A stretch of DNA of 64,000 nt from Myxococcales bacterium SG8_38 (GTDB lineage: Bacteria; Myxococcota_A; Polyangia; Polyangiales; Houyiibacteriaceae), in assembly GCA_001303415.1 (NCBI GenBank), contig LJTN01000008.1:4695-68694 (forward strand), read 5' to 3'. Shown here in pieces: positions 48,584-56,792 of this stretch. Each line of letters begins with the position of its first letter. Positions within the stretch are counted from its first letter, which is position 1. The notes beneath the pieces were generated by a model, which saw only the letters and a program-made list of their open reading frames with translations, was not told the DNA's origin and did no database searches. Both the position numbers and the translations under genes were made by a program.

Positions 48584-49105
48584 TCAGGTCTCGCCTGAAT
48601 CCTTGGGCGGGATGATCGGCTCGGTCTCGCCGCGTCGCTTGCGCTTCTGCACCGCGCGCGCACGGACTTGCGGCCGGATACCGCCCGCATCGTTCGGGAT
48701 GAAGCGAATCTCCGTCTTCACCTCGAAGGAAAGAGCGGTGAGCGCGCGGTAGAATTCATTCGCGATATCGGTGGCCTCGAGGAAATCACGCACCTCTTTG
48801 GCGACGCCGCGAACCAACGCGTTCTTCGTTTCGTCGACGGACGCGAAGATGTACCCGATCAGCTCTTTTGGAAGCCTTCCATCCTGTGTGACGCCGCGCA
48901 GTGCGCTGTCCGCGCTTCGAAGCGTGCCGACGCCAGCCTCGATGCCCTTCTCTACGGCTTTTCGAAGCGCGTCACGAAGGACACCTTCCGACCAACGTCG
49001 GTCCCGATCCTTCTGCTCGGTGTCCGAAGACATCGCTTCGTCGAATTCGTCAGGCATCATGCTTGCACCATCCACGGACCCTCGATGGACCCATGGCCGA
49101 AGCAT
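48584..49105 (-). CDS. Hypothetical protein
   Basis: 173 aa, charged/helical with a basic tail. No motif recognised. Start uncertain (ATGs at 49105, 49060, 49057). Confidence 0.5.
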   Translation of the reverse strand: MLRPWVHRGSVDGASMMPDEFDEAMSSDTEQKDRDRRWSEGVLRDALRKAVEKGIEAGVGTLRSADSALRGVTQDGRLPKELIGYIFASVDETKNALVRGVAKEVRDFLEATDIANEFYRALTALSFEVKTEIRFIPNDAGGIRPQVRARAVQKRKRRGETEPIIPPKDSGET

Positions 49106-49181
49106 ACCTCATGACCGTGCGGAGTGCAGTCTCGACGACGATCCGACCGGCTGCTCGGCAGGTTTCGGGAGGTTGCCTGTC

Positions 49182-49210
49182 TTGCTTTCAAAAATCCGAA
49201 CGGCTATACG
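49182..49210 (+). promoter_or_regulatory. Candidate sigma-70-type promoter placing the TSS at the ATG of the TPR/HTH gene (possible leaderless mRNA)
   Basis: TTGCTT (49182-87), 17-nt spacer, TATACG (49205-10), then 6 nt to ATG 49217. No Shine-Dalgarno sequence. Confidence 0.3.
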
Positions 49211-49216
49211 AATGCA

Positions 49217-50152
49217 ATGGGTCGAACGGCACGTACGGTCGAAGAAGTTTGGGCGCAGGCGGAAGACGCGCTCGAAACCTCGTCCAAGCGCGCAGAGGCT
49301 CTGTTGACGGAGCTCGTGTCCATAGCCGAGGAGGGCAGCGACGCTTCGCTCTTCGCACATCGGCACTTGGCCGAGCTCGAGCTCGAGCGAAACCCATGGA
49401 AGAGCGCGTTGCATCTGCGGAAGCTTCTGGCGTACTCCGATGACGACGACATCGTTCACGCCCTGATGGGGCTTTGCCACGCGCTTCTCGGCAACTACCG
49501 GGTGGCGGTGCGGTCGTATCGAGAGGCTTCGCACCTCGCGCCGCAGACACCCTGGTATCATCACAATCTCGGTCACTTGATGGACGTGGCCCTCGACGAT
49601 CCTTCCGGCGCAGAGCGGCATCTGCGACGTGCGTACGAGCTCGAGCCCGAGCACGACGAGATCATCGGCTCGCTTGCACATTGCGTGGCGCGTTTAGGCG
49701 ACCTCGAGCAAGCGGAATGGCTCGCCGAGCTTGCATACGAAAAGGGGCCTTGCAATCCCGACCATCGTGCGCTTCTCGACTGGATTCGGAGCGGCGCCAC
49801 CGACGCGCCGGCTGCCACCGCAAACGTTCGCCGTCCGCCAGCCGATCGAGTCGCGGAGACGGTTCAACGCAAGATGGGCGAGGCCGGCTTCTCTCGCGCG
49901 CAGATCGAGCGCGCCACCCAGCTGTGGTCCGACATGCAGGCGCACTGCGAGCTTCGGGTGACCAAGCCGGAAGTCTTGGCCGCGGCCTTGGAGTACGCCA
50001 TCGCGGTCGTCGATCGGCGGCCTGGGTGCACACAGGCGGAGGTCGCACGTAGATACGGTGTGGCGCCGACCTCGGTGTCGGCGCGGTTCGCGCAGATCCG
50101 GAACGCCCTCGCGCTACGCCCCGGCGATCCGCGCTACGCGGCCTCACGCTGA
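49217..50152 (+). CDS. TPR-like protein with a C-terminal helix-turn-helix
   Basis: ATG 49217 is preferred, because the upstream track extension is Arg-rich. TPR-like helices (HALMGLCHALLGNYRVAVRSYREA). C-terminal HTH-like CTQAEVARRYGVAPTSVSARFAQIRNAL. Confidence 0.6.
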   Translation: MGRTARTVEEVWAQAEDALETSSKRAEALLTELVSIAEEGSDASLFAHRHLAELELERNPWKSALHLRKLLAYSDDDDIVHALMGLCHALLGNYRVAVRSYREASHLAPQTPWYHHNLGHLMDVALDDPSGAERHLRRAYELEPEHDEIIGSLAHCVARLGDLEQAEWLAELAYEKGPCNPDHRALLDWIRSGATDAPAATANVRRPPADRVAETVQRKMGEAGFSRAQIERATQLWSDMQAHCELRVTKPEVLAAALEYAIAVVDRRPGCTQAEVARRYGVAPTSVSARFAQIRNALALRPGDPRYAASR

Positions 50153-50191
50153 AAACTGGCCACGCGGCACCGAACTGCGTATCGGTCGATC

Positions 50192-51004
50192 ATGCATGCG
50201 CTTCCCAGCGCGATCACGGTTTGTCGTGTCCTGCTCGGGCTCGACCGCGCGGGCGCCAACGGCACGCTCTACGTGCAAGGCGAGGGTCGAAGCGCGACCC
50301 TTTCCCTCGAGACCGGCCGAATCGTCGCCGCGAACGTCGATCGGCGCGTCGCGACGTCAACGGAGCAAGTGTTCGACCGCGTTCGCCAGCTCTGTGAATG
50401 GGACGGGTTGGTGCTGGAGCTCGCGCAGGGCGTTACCGCGGCGAGTTGGTGGAAGCTCGCGGAGCCGTTGCCCGCACGATGGTTGGCCCTCGACACGATG
50501 CGTGCTGCGGTGCGCTTGGCCGACCTCCGGAGCGCGCAGGCCGATCTGGCAGCCGCCCTCTACCAGTTGACCCCGACCGGCGAGAGGTTGCTTCACGGGG
50601 CATGCCTTCGGCCCGAAGAAGCCGCGCTCCTGCCGTGGCTCCGCTGCGGCATCCGGGCTGCGGACATTCAGGCGCTGCCCGGCTGCGGGCCGTCTGGCTA
50701 CCGCTTTCTGTGGTTGCTCAAGCTCCTTCGCGCGGCAGCTCCCAAGGCCGGCGGCTCGTCCTATCCGTTGCTGCTCAGGAAGCGGCGCCAGATGCGCCGC
50801 CATGCCTCGCCCCATGCGCTGCTCGACCTGCCGGAAGGCGCCAACGGGCGCGAGGCCCGGCTGGCGCTTCGGAAGCTCGTTCGCGATCTTCACCCCGACC
50901 GCTACGGCGACGGAGCCCCGATCGAGCTCAGGCGTGCCTCGGGAGAGATCGTGACTGCGCTGGTCGAGGCCGAGGCCACCATCGCCACGCGAACGCGAAA
51001 ATAG
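50192..51004 (+). CDS. J-domain (DnaJ-like) protein with a DUF4388/PATAN-like N-terminal domain
   Basis: C-terminal J domain with the HPD motif (ALRKLVRDLHPDRYGD). N-terminal LLGLDRAGANGTLYVQGEGRSATLSLETGRIVAAN resembles DUF4388. Confidence 0.72.
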   Translation: MHALPSAITVCRVLLGLDRAGANGTLYVQGEGRSATLSLETGRIVAANVDRRVATSTEQVFDRVRQLCEWDGLVLELAQGVTAASWWKLAEPLPARWLALDTMRAAVRLADLRSAQADLAAALYQLTPTGERLLHGACLRPEEAALLPWLRCGIRAADIQALPGCGPSGYRFLWLLKLLRAAAPKAGGSSYPLLLRKRRQMRRHASPHALLDLPEGANGREARLALRKLVRDLHPDRYGDGAPIELRRASGEIVTALVEAEATIATRTRK

Positions 51005-51008
51005 GCGC

Positions 51009-51542
51009 TCACTCGACCCGTTGGTGGACGTGTAGCACGTCGGCCTGGTCCCAGCCGTCGGGCCGGAGCCTTGCGCGCCGCTCGAACGTCGAGCGCACGC
51101 CATCTCCATCGAGGTCGCCTTCGGCGCGAAAGGACACGGTGCCCCGATCTTCCCGTCCGATCAGGTCACAGCCGTGCTCGCTCGGCGCGTACGTGTAGCT
51201 GTAGCGGATGGGTCGATCGGGTTGAAAGCCGAGCGCCTGCCACGTCTGGTGACCTTCGACCTCGTCCGAGAAGAAGTCGACGGATTCCGCCTCGACGCTC
51301 GGCTCGGCCGGCGTAGGACCGGCGCCGGGCGGGAGGCAGTGGCGTCTCCCGGAGTCCCAGGAGGTCGCATAATAAGCGGCCGCGCGCGCGCTGAGATCCC
51401 GCAAGAGCTCCGGCGCCTCGTTGATCTTGTTGGCGCGCACGCGCCGTGCGAACGTCGGGACGAAAATCGCGAGCGCGATGCCGACGAGGCACAGCAACAG
51501 CGCTGCTTCGAGCAAGCTCAATCTCGGACGACCGCGGGGCAA
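51009..51542 (-). CDS. Divergent pilin-like protein lacking the canonical Gly(-1) prepilin cleavage site
   Basis: N-terminus MPRGRPR-LSLLEAALLLCLVGIALAIFVPTF is pilin-like, with Glu at +5 and a hydrophobic helix, but has Arg where Gly(-1) is expected. The C-terminal AEGDLDGDGVRSTFE is shared with the three neighbouring pilins. Confidence 0.6.
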   Translation of the reverse strand: MPRGRPRLSLLEAALLLCLVGIALAIFVPTFARRVRANKINEAPELLRDLSARAAAYYATSWDSGRRHCLPPGAGPTPAEPSVEAESVDFFSDEVEGHQTWQALGFQPDRPIRYSYTYAPSEHGCDLIGREDRGTVSFRAEGDLDGDGVRSTFERRARLRPDGWDQADVLHVHQRVE

Positions 51543-51620
51543 AGCTCGGGCACTGTGCGAGTCGCATCAAGATTTGGCAAGAGCCCTGGACCGAGTGCAC
51601 CTTGAAATGGTGTACTCGGT

Positions 51621-52457
51621 CTAGCTCGCGTCTTCGAGACCCCGGGTGACATCGACGGGATCGGCGACGAAGAAATAGAGGGTCGGAGGCAGATAAGGAA
51701 ACTCCTCGCGCCTTCTCTGCTCGAACTCCTCGTTGGCGCGTCGAAAGGCTTCTGCATACGCCTCGTCACGAAGCTGCGAGAGCCGGATTTCGATTCTTGC
51801 CTTGACGCGCGGATCTCGGACGATGGCGTACATCTCCTCGAGGTGCCGAAGCTCCCGATCCGTCTCGCCGAGCTTCCGAAGCGAGGTGGCGTTCGTGAGC
51901 ACTAGCCAGGGCGGCCCCGCGCCGAGACGCGCAGCGGCCAGCATGTATTCGTTTCCCTCGGCTTCAAGCCGCGCACGGCTCGGGTCGTCCTTCGGTAGGT
52001 TCGGCAGGAGCTCGTAGCTGATCGTGGCGCCGGCATCCCATGCTAGCTGCCCGTCGCCGGGGAAACGCTCCACGCCTCGCCGCAGCACGTCTACGGCGCG
52101 TGCGATGGTCTCGGGCGGGCTGCCCGTCGGCGTGTAGACGCCGGCGACACCGACCCAGCGGTAGACGCGCCGGAAGTCCGGGTCGAGCGCAAGCATGGAG
52201 TCGCCGTAGTTGAACACGTGCTTGACGGCGCCCCGGTTTTCGAACTCGTCGCCGAAATAGATCAGGGCGCGAAGCCAGATCAAGTCGGCGAGCGCTCGCC
52301 GGTAGCCGAGGCTCATCACCTGCAACCAGTCCGGGGGAGGCAGGTAGTAGATGTCCTCGTAGGTCTGGGTGGCGAGGTAGTGCTCCATGGCTCGCGTGCG
52401 AAGCGACCAGATTCCCCCAGCCAGCGCAAGCACCGCGACGACCGCGACAGCACGCAT
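51621..52457 (-). CDS. Membrane-anchored hypothetical protein within the pilin island
   Basis: ATG at 52457 gives 278 aa starting MRAVAVVAVLALAGGIW (signal/anchor). The longer track ORF (to 52877) runs off-frame through the pilin gene and is low-complexity. Confidence 0.55.
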   Translation of the reverse strand: MRAVAVVAVLALAGGIWSLRTRAMEHYLATQTYEDIYYLPPPDWLQVMSLGYRRALADLIWLRALIYFGDEFENRGAVKHVFNYGDSMLALDPDFRRVYRWVGVAGVYTPTGSPPETIARAVDVLRRGVERFPGDGQLAWDAGATISYELLPNLPKDDPSRARLEAEGNEYMLAAARLGAGPPWLVLTNATSLRKLGETDRELRHLEEMYAIVRDPRVKARIEIRLSQLRDEAYAEAFRRANEEFEQRRREEFPYLPPTLYFFVADPVDVTRGLEDAS

Positions 52458-52500
52458 CCAAGCAGTCACTGGATGAGTATATCCAAATTCGCCGGGGGCC

Positions 52501-52536
52501 CTTAAATGCAAAGGGCCGCGACTCCCGTCGCGGCCC
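52501..52536 (-). terminator. Rho-independent terminator after the PilA-like gene
   Basis: On the minus strand: GGGCCGCGAC-ggga-GTCGCGGCCC (10-bp stem, 52513-52536), then TTTGCATTTAAG. It starts about 25 nt after the pilin stop. Confidence 0.6.
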
Positions 52537-52560
52537 CTGCAGTCGTTTCCGTTGCCTAGA

Positions 52561-53133
52561 TTACTCGAGCGGATCGACGGTGAAGATGCCCGGTGCGCGG
52601 TAGAGCGCGTTGTCCGGGTTCGTGCCCGCGGCAAGCTCGAAGGTCGACTCCACGTCGTCGTTGTCGAGGTCGCCAATGGCTCTGAACACATAGGTGTCCG
52701 TCTCGCCGGGGGGATGGCCGCAGTCGCCCGTGCCATCTTGCTCGATGACCCAATACTCGAAGTAGAGAGGATCAGCCGGGGCAAAGTTGAGCGCCGTGTA
52801 GGACGCGGCGTTGGCTTCGTTCTGCCAGTCGACGACGTACTTGGCATCGGTGGCGTCCCAGCTCGGCGTGGCGTCATCCACCGTGCAGTGCGTCGAGGCC
52901 GCCGCCGAAGCGCCTGCCGTCACCATGCCTTGCTGCCAGTGTTCCTGCTCGTAGTACGCGGCAGCGCCCTGGAAGAGCGACTTCAGGTTCGCACCCGCTT
53001 CCGAGGTCTTGGAGCGCTTCACATAGTTGATGAATGCCGGGATCGCGATCGCGGCGAGGATGCCGATGATGGCGACGACGATCATCAGCTCGATGAGGGT
53101 GAAACCCTCCTTTTTCGAGAATAGCTTGTTCAT
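52561..53133 (-). CDS. Type IV pilin (PilA-like)
   Basis: [10 protein letters not shown]|[24 protein letters not shown] is a canonical prepilin leader with N-methylation site and Glu+5. C-terminal [15 protein letters not shown]. Confidence 0.9.
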   Translation of the reverse strand: MNKLFSKKEGFTLIELMIVVAIIGILAAIAIPAFINYVKRSKTSEAGANLKSLFQGAAAYYEQEHWQQGMVTAGASAAASTHCTVDDATPSWDATDAKYVVDWQNEANAASYTALNFAPADPLYFEYWVIEQDGTGDCGHPPGETDTYVFRAIGDLDNDDVESTFELAAGTNPDNALYRAPGIFTVDPLE

Positions 53134-53194
53134 TTCCTGTTTCCCTTTCCCCCGGGCCCAGTGCCCGCTTTAATCCAGAGTTGCCCTAGTACCC

Positions 53195-53210
53195 TGCAAC
53201 TGGCGTGCCG
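53195..53210 (-). promoter_or_regulatory. Sigma-54 (-24/-12) promoter upstream of the PilA-like gene
   Basis: The minus strand reads cGGCACgccagTTGCA, which matches TGGCAC-N5-TTGC(A/T) with exact spacing. It lies about 60-75 nt upstream of ATG 53133. Confidence 0.65.
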
Positions 53211-53230
53211 ATTGTCCTGACTGCCTTCGT

Positions 53231-53313
53231 GAAGCGGAAATTATTGACGAATCCGCTTCAGGCCGGTGCCCGGCTTCGGCACCGAGGGACAAATCTCGTC
53301 ACCCACGGGTGAC
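53231..53313. repeat. Three consecutive dyad symmetries upstream of the sigma-54 promoter and downstream of the preceding pilin gene
   Basis: GAAGCGGA-N13-TCCGCTTC (53231-59), GGTGCC-N7-GGCACC (53265-83) and GTCACCC-ac-GGGTGAC (53298-313). Confidence 0.5.
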
Positions 53314-53321
53314 GGAAATCG

Positions 53322-53831
53322 TCACTCCCATCCGCCTTTTGCAGTGGCACTGTTATAGATGTGGGTCGACTGCGAGTAGATCTCGAGAAAGAACGTTTCG
53401 CCGTCCTCGTCGAGATCGCCCTGGGCCCGTGCGGCGAACCAGTGATCGTCATCCTGAAGGTTGGTTCCCGTGGGCGGGCTCACCCCTGGAGCGCCCGCGA
53501 CCGTGGCGTACTGGAAGCGGATGGGGCCATCCGGAGCTGCACCGAGCTGATCCCACTCGGGCGTCGACTCCCACATCACCGGGTCGATGCCGGGAATGCT
53601 CGTGGGGTTGTAGTCGGCCCAATCGGCGCCATTGACCGCGCAGTATTGGCCGAACTCGTTCCGGTACGATTCCTGGCGCTGCTTGATCTCTCCGAGGAAG
53701 TTCGACGCCTCGGTGACGCGTGCCTTGTAGATGTACGAGGTGAAGCTCGGGATTGCGATGGTGGCCAGGACACCAATGATCACCACGGCGATCATCAGCT
53801 CCGTGATGGTAAAGCCTTGGTTGCGCTTCAT
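53322..53831 (-). CDS. Type IV pilin-like protein (tandem paralog 2)
   Basis: MKRNQG|FTITELMIAVVIIGVLATIAIPSF. C-terminal AQGDLDEDGETFFLEIYS...GGWE. Its ATG overlaps the upstream stop (ATGA). Confidence 0.85.
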   Translation of the reverse strand: MKRNQGFTITELMIAVVIIGVLATIAIPSFTSYIYKARVTEASNFLGEIKQRQESYRNEFGQYCAVNGADWADYNPTSIPGIDPVMWESTPEWDQLGAAPDGPIRFQYATVAGAPGVSPPTGTNLQDDDHWFAARAQGDLDEDGETFFLEIYSQSTHIYNSATAKGGWE

Positions 53832-54355
53832 TCCCAGCCTCCTCTACCGACGGCGCTGTTGTACATGACCCGCGAGTCCGAATAGACCTCCAGAATGAAG
53901 GTTTCGCCATCGCCATCGAGGTCGCCTTCGGCTTGCGCAGCGTACCAAAACGTCGTCGGGTCTAGATTGCTGTTGCTGGGCGGCGTGCTTCCCGGCAAGC
54001 CCGCGACGGTTGCGTAGCGAAATCTCACGGGGCCGGGAGAGCTGAGCCCGAGCTCCTCCCACGCGGCCGAGCTCGGCCACGCGACCGCTTGTACGCCAGG
54101 TACCGTCGAAGGCGTGTAATTCGCCGAGCTCCAGTCGCCCGAGCCGCTGACGGCGGCGTAGTTCCCAAAGCGGCTCCGATAGGCTTCCTGGCGCGTCTTG
54201 ATCTCTCCGAGGACTCGGACCGCCTCGTTCACGCGGCCGCGGTACACATAGCCCTTGAACGTGGGGATGGCGAGGGCCGCCAAGATCCCGACGATGGCCA
54301 CGCCGATGAGCAGCTCGATGGTGGTGAAGCCAGTGCTTCGCGGATGATGTGACAA
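53828..54355 (-). CDS. Type IV pilin-like protein (tandem paralog 1)
   Basis: Probable TTG start at 54355, 6 nt after GGAGGA, giving leader (M)SHHPRSTG|FTTIELLIGVAIVGILAALAIPTF. C-terminal AEGDLDGDGETFILEVYS...GGWE. Alignable end to end with the next gene. Confidence 0.83.
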   Translation of the reverse strand: MSHHPRSTGFTTIELLIGVAIVGILAALAIPTFKGYVYRGRVNEAVRVLGEIKTRQEAYRSRFGNYAAVSGSGDWSSANYTPSTVPGVQAVAWPSSAAWEELGLSSPGPVRFRYATVAGLPGSTPPSNSNLDPTTFWYAAQAEGDLDGDGETFILEVYSDSRVMYNSAVGRGGWE

Positions 54356-54380
54356 CCGTGATCCTCCAACGCCCACTATA

Positions 54381-55766
54381 TCAATCGCCGGCCGCATCGC
54401 CCACTTCGGGCGAGATGTGTTTTGCCAAACGATATCGAAACTGTCGGAAGCTCATGCCGAGGAGCTCCGCGGCCTTCTTGCGGACGCCCCCCGCTTGATC
54501 GAGCGCACGGAACAACAGCTCCCGCTCGACCCGGGTGAGATATTCGTCGAGGTCGAAGCTTCCCTCGGGAATGTGAGACACCTGCGCGGCCTTTTTCGAA
54601 GGATGCGTATCACCGAGGTCCTCGCGGTACACCGTGTTACCGCGCGCCAGCGTGACGCCGCGTTCGACGATGTTCTCTAGCTCTCGCACGTTGCCCGCAT
54701 AGGACTGCTGCGCGAGCCACCGCATGGCGTCCGGTGAGAGCTCGAGCCGCCGACCTTGCAGCGCGGCATGCTTCTGGAGGAAATATTCGGCCAGGACTGG
54801 GATGTCCTCGACGCGGCCGCGCAGGGGAGGGACCTCGATTCGAATCACGTTCAGCCGGTAGAACAAGTCCTCGCGGAACGTGCCTGCCTCGACCTCGGCT
54901 TCGACATCCCGGTTGGTTGCGGCGAGCACGCGCACGTCGACTTCCACTTCGCTGCTGCCCCCGACCGGCCGAACTTTTCGGTCCTGAAGGACGCGCAACA
55001 GCGTCACCTGCAACGGCGGGGGAAGCTCGCCGACCTCGTCCAAGAACAACGTGCCGCCGTCGGCTGCGCGAAAGAGCCCCTCCTTTTGCCCGGTGGCCCC
55101 CGTGAACGCGCCCTTCACGTGGCCGAAGAGCTCGCTCTCGATGAGGTTTGCGGGCACCGCGCCGCAGTTGAGCACGACGAACGGCTGGTCCGCACGCGGG
55201 CTCTGGAAGTGCAACGCTCGCGCGACCATCTCCTTGCCGGTCCCGCTCTCGCCGGTGATCAATACGCTCGTCGTCGCGTTTGCGACGCGCTTGATCAAAT
55301 CGCGCAGCCGGCTCATGGCCTCGCTCTTTCCGATGAGCTGTCCCTCGGTCCAACGCGACTTCACCTCGGCGCGAAGCGTCTCGTTCTCGGCGACGATGTC
55401 GCGTTTTTCGAGGGCCTTTTCGAGCGTTGCCAGCAGCTCGTGATTCTTGAACGGCTTTTGCACGTAGTCGTACGCACCCTTGCGCATCGCCTCGACTGCC
55501 TGCTCGGTCGTGGCGTACGCGGTGATCATCAAGATCTGCGTGTCTTTGGATCGCGCTCGAACCGCGTCGAGCACGTCCATGCCCGTTCCATCGGGCATGA
55601 CCAAATCGGTGATCACCACGTCGTAGGGGTCGGCGCTGGCGAGCCGTTCGCAAGCCGCATGGACCCCGTCCACGACGTCCACCCGATAACCCTCGCGCCG
55701 AAGCAGGATCTGCAGCATTTCGCGAAGGCTGGCTTCGTCGTCACAGACAAGAATGCGCGCGGACAT
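54381..55766 (-). CDS. Sigma-54-dependent response regulator (NtrC/PilR-like)
   Basis: 461 aa. Receiver domain (ILVCDDE...VITDLVMPDG), AAA+ sigma-54 interaction domain (GESGTGKE; GAFTGA) and a C-terminal Fis-type HTH. Confidence 0.92.
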   Translation of the reverse strand: MSARILVCDDEASLREMLQILLRREGYRVDVVDGVHAACERLASADPYDVVITDLVMPDGTGMDVLDAVRARSKDTQILMITAYATTEQAVEAMRKGAYDYVQKPFKNHELLATLEKALEKRDIVAENETLRAEVKSRWTEGQLIGKSEAMSRLRDLIKRVANATTSVLITGESGTGKEMVARALHFQSPRADQPFVVLNCGAVPANLIESELFGHVKGAFTGATGQKEGLFRAADGGTLFLDEVGELPPPLQVTLLRVLQDRKVRPVGGSSEVEVDVRVLAATNRDVEAEVEAGTFREDLFYRLNVIRIEVPPLRGRVEDIPVLAEYFLQKHAALQGRRLELSPDAMRWLAQQSYAGNVRELENIVERGVTLARGNTVYREDLGDTHPSKKAAQVSHIPEGSFDLDEYLTRVERELLFRALDQAGGVRKKAAELLGMSFRQFRYRLAKHISPEVGDAAGD

Positions 55767-55830
55767 GATCCGTACACCCCCGCCTACATCCTACGCCAAA
55801 ACCTCGGTGCAGCCACGAGACTGACAACGG

Positions 55831-56115
55831 TCAGCTGAAGCCGGCCCGCCGTCCACCGCCTCCGCTCGGAAGCCGGACGCACAGGCCGTGTAGGCTGCTG
55901 TACTCCACCAAGTAGACCGCATTGTGTTCTCTCGAGGTCGCCTCGCAAAACGTCGGGTGAAGCTTCAGCGCGATCACCTCGGAGACTTCCATCGCCTGGC
56001 CGGGCTCGCCGATGTACACCGACAAACCATGGTCTTCGGCCACCGCATAGGCATCGCCGTTCCGCTCCACGCCCATCGCAGCGTCGAGCATGGCCTCGAG
56101 CGTAGGTCGTTCCAT
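55831..56115 (-). CDS. Small hypothetical protein
   Basis: 94 aa from ATG 56115 (the track uses TTG 56151). No motif. Divergent from the GbsR-like gene. Confidence 0.4.
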   Translation of the reverse strand: MERPTLEAMLDAAMGVERNGDAYAVAEDHGLSVYIGEPGQAMEVSEVIALKLHPTFCEATSREHNAVYLVEYSSLHGLCVRLPSGGGGRRAGFS

Positions 56116-56179
56116 GTGTGAGAGCTTTGATGCCCGTAGCCGACTGGTCAAGTGTCGCCCTTCACGCTAGGTCGATGAT

Positions 56180-56731
56180 GTGGGAACTGACGAGGAGGAG
56201 CTCTGGCAAAGTGAGGTCCTGGTCAGCGATTCGATTGGCCGCCTGATCGAGTTTTGGGGGTTCAAGCGCAACATGGGGCGCTTGTGGTCGATCCTCTACC
56301 TTTCGGATCGTCCGCTCAGCGCACCGGAGCTTCAGGACAGGTTGCAGCTCAGCAGTGGCGCGGTTTCGATGACCCTCAACGAGCTGATGCGCTGGGGCGT
56401 GGTCAAGAAGGTCTGGCTTCAAGGTGAGCGCCGCGACCACTACGCCGCCGAAGGCAACTTCTGGAAGATGATTTCGCGGGTATTCAACGAGCGGGAACGA
56501 GTCGAGGTGCTGGATGCGATCGACGTCATGGAAGATGCGATTGAGTTTCTGAAGCGCAAGGCCGAGGAGCCGGGCGCGCGGAGTAGGGCGCGATTTCAAG
56601 AGGAGCGGGTGCGCGAGCTGCTGGATTTGGCCCGGCTCGGCAAGCAGCTTCTCGACACGCTCGTCAAGGACGCCAAGGTCGATGGAAGCCCGCTGATGAA
56701 CGTCCTGTTGGGCGGCTCCGAAAAGCGCTGA
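56180..56731 (+). CDS. GbsR/MarR-family winged-helix transcriptional regulator
   Basis: IEFWGFKRNMGRLWSILYLSDRPLSAPELQDRLQLSSGAVSMTLNELMRWGVV matches the GbsR-type N-terminal wHTH pattern. Confidence 0.72.
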   Translation: MGTDEEELWQSEVLVSDSIGRLIEFWGFKRNMGRLWSILYLSDRPLSAPELQDRLQLSSGAVSMTLNELMRWGVVKKVWLQGERRDHYAAEGNFWKMISRVFNERERVEVLDAIDVMEDAIEFLKRKAEEPGARSRARFQEERVRELLDLARLGKQLLDTLVKDAKVDGSPLMNVLLGGSEKR

Positions 56732-56792
56732 GGGCGGGGTCGCCTCCCCACGAATCGCCTCGTGCTTCCTGGGCCGCGGATAGTGCGGATAG

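Noticed and set aside
52458-52877. N-terminal 140-aa extension of track ORF 51621..52877
   Set aside because: The extension is Thr/Ser/Pro/Arg-rich and runs off-frame through the PilA-like gene and its terminator. The internal ATG 52457 gives a proper signal/anchor.
54637-55838. 338-aa minus-strand and 360-aa plus-strand ORFs overlapping the PilR-like gene
   Set aside because: These are off-frame or antisense shadows. The response-regulator frame carries the receiver, AAA+ (GAFTGA) and HTH motifs.
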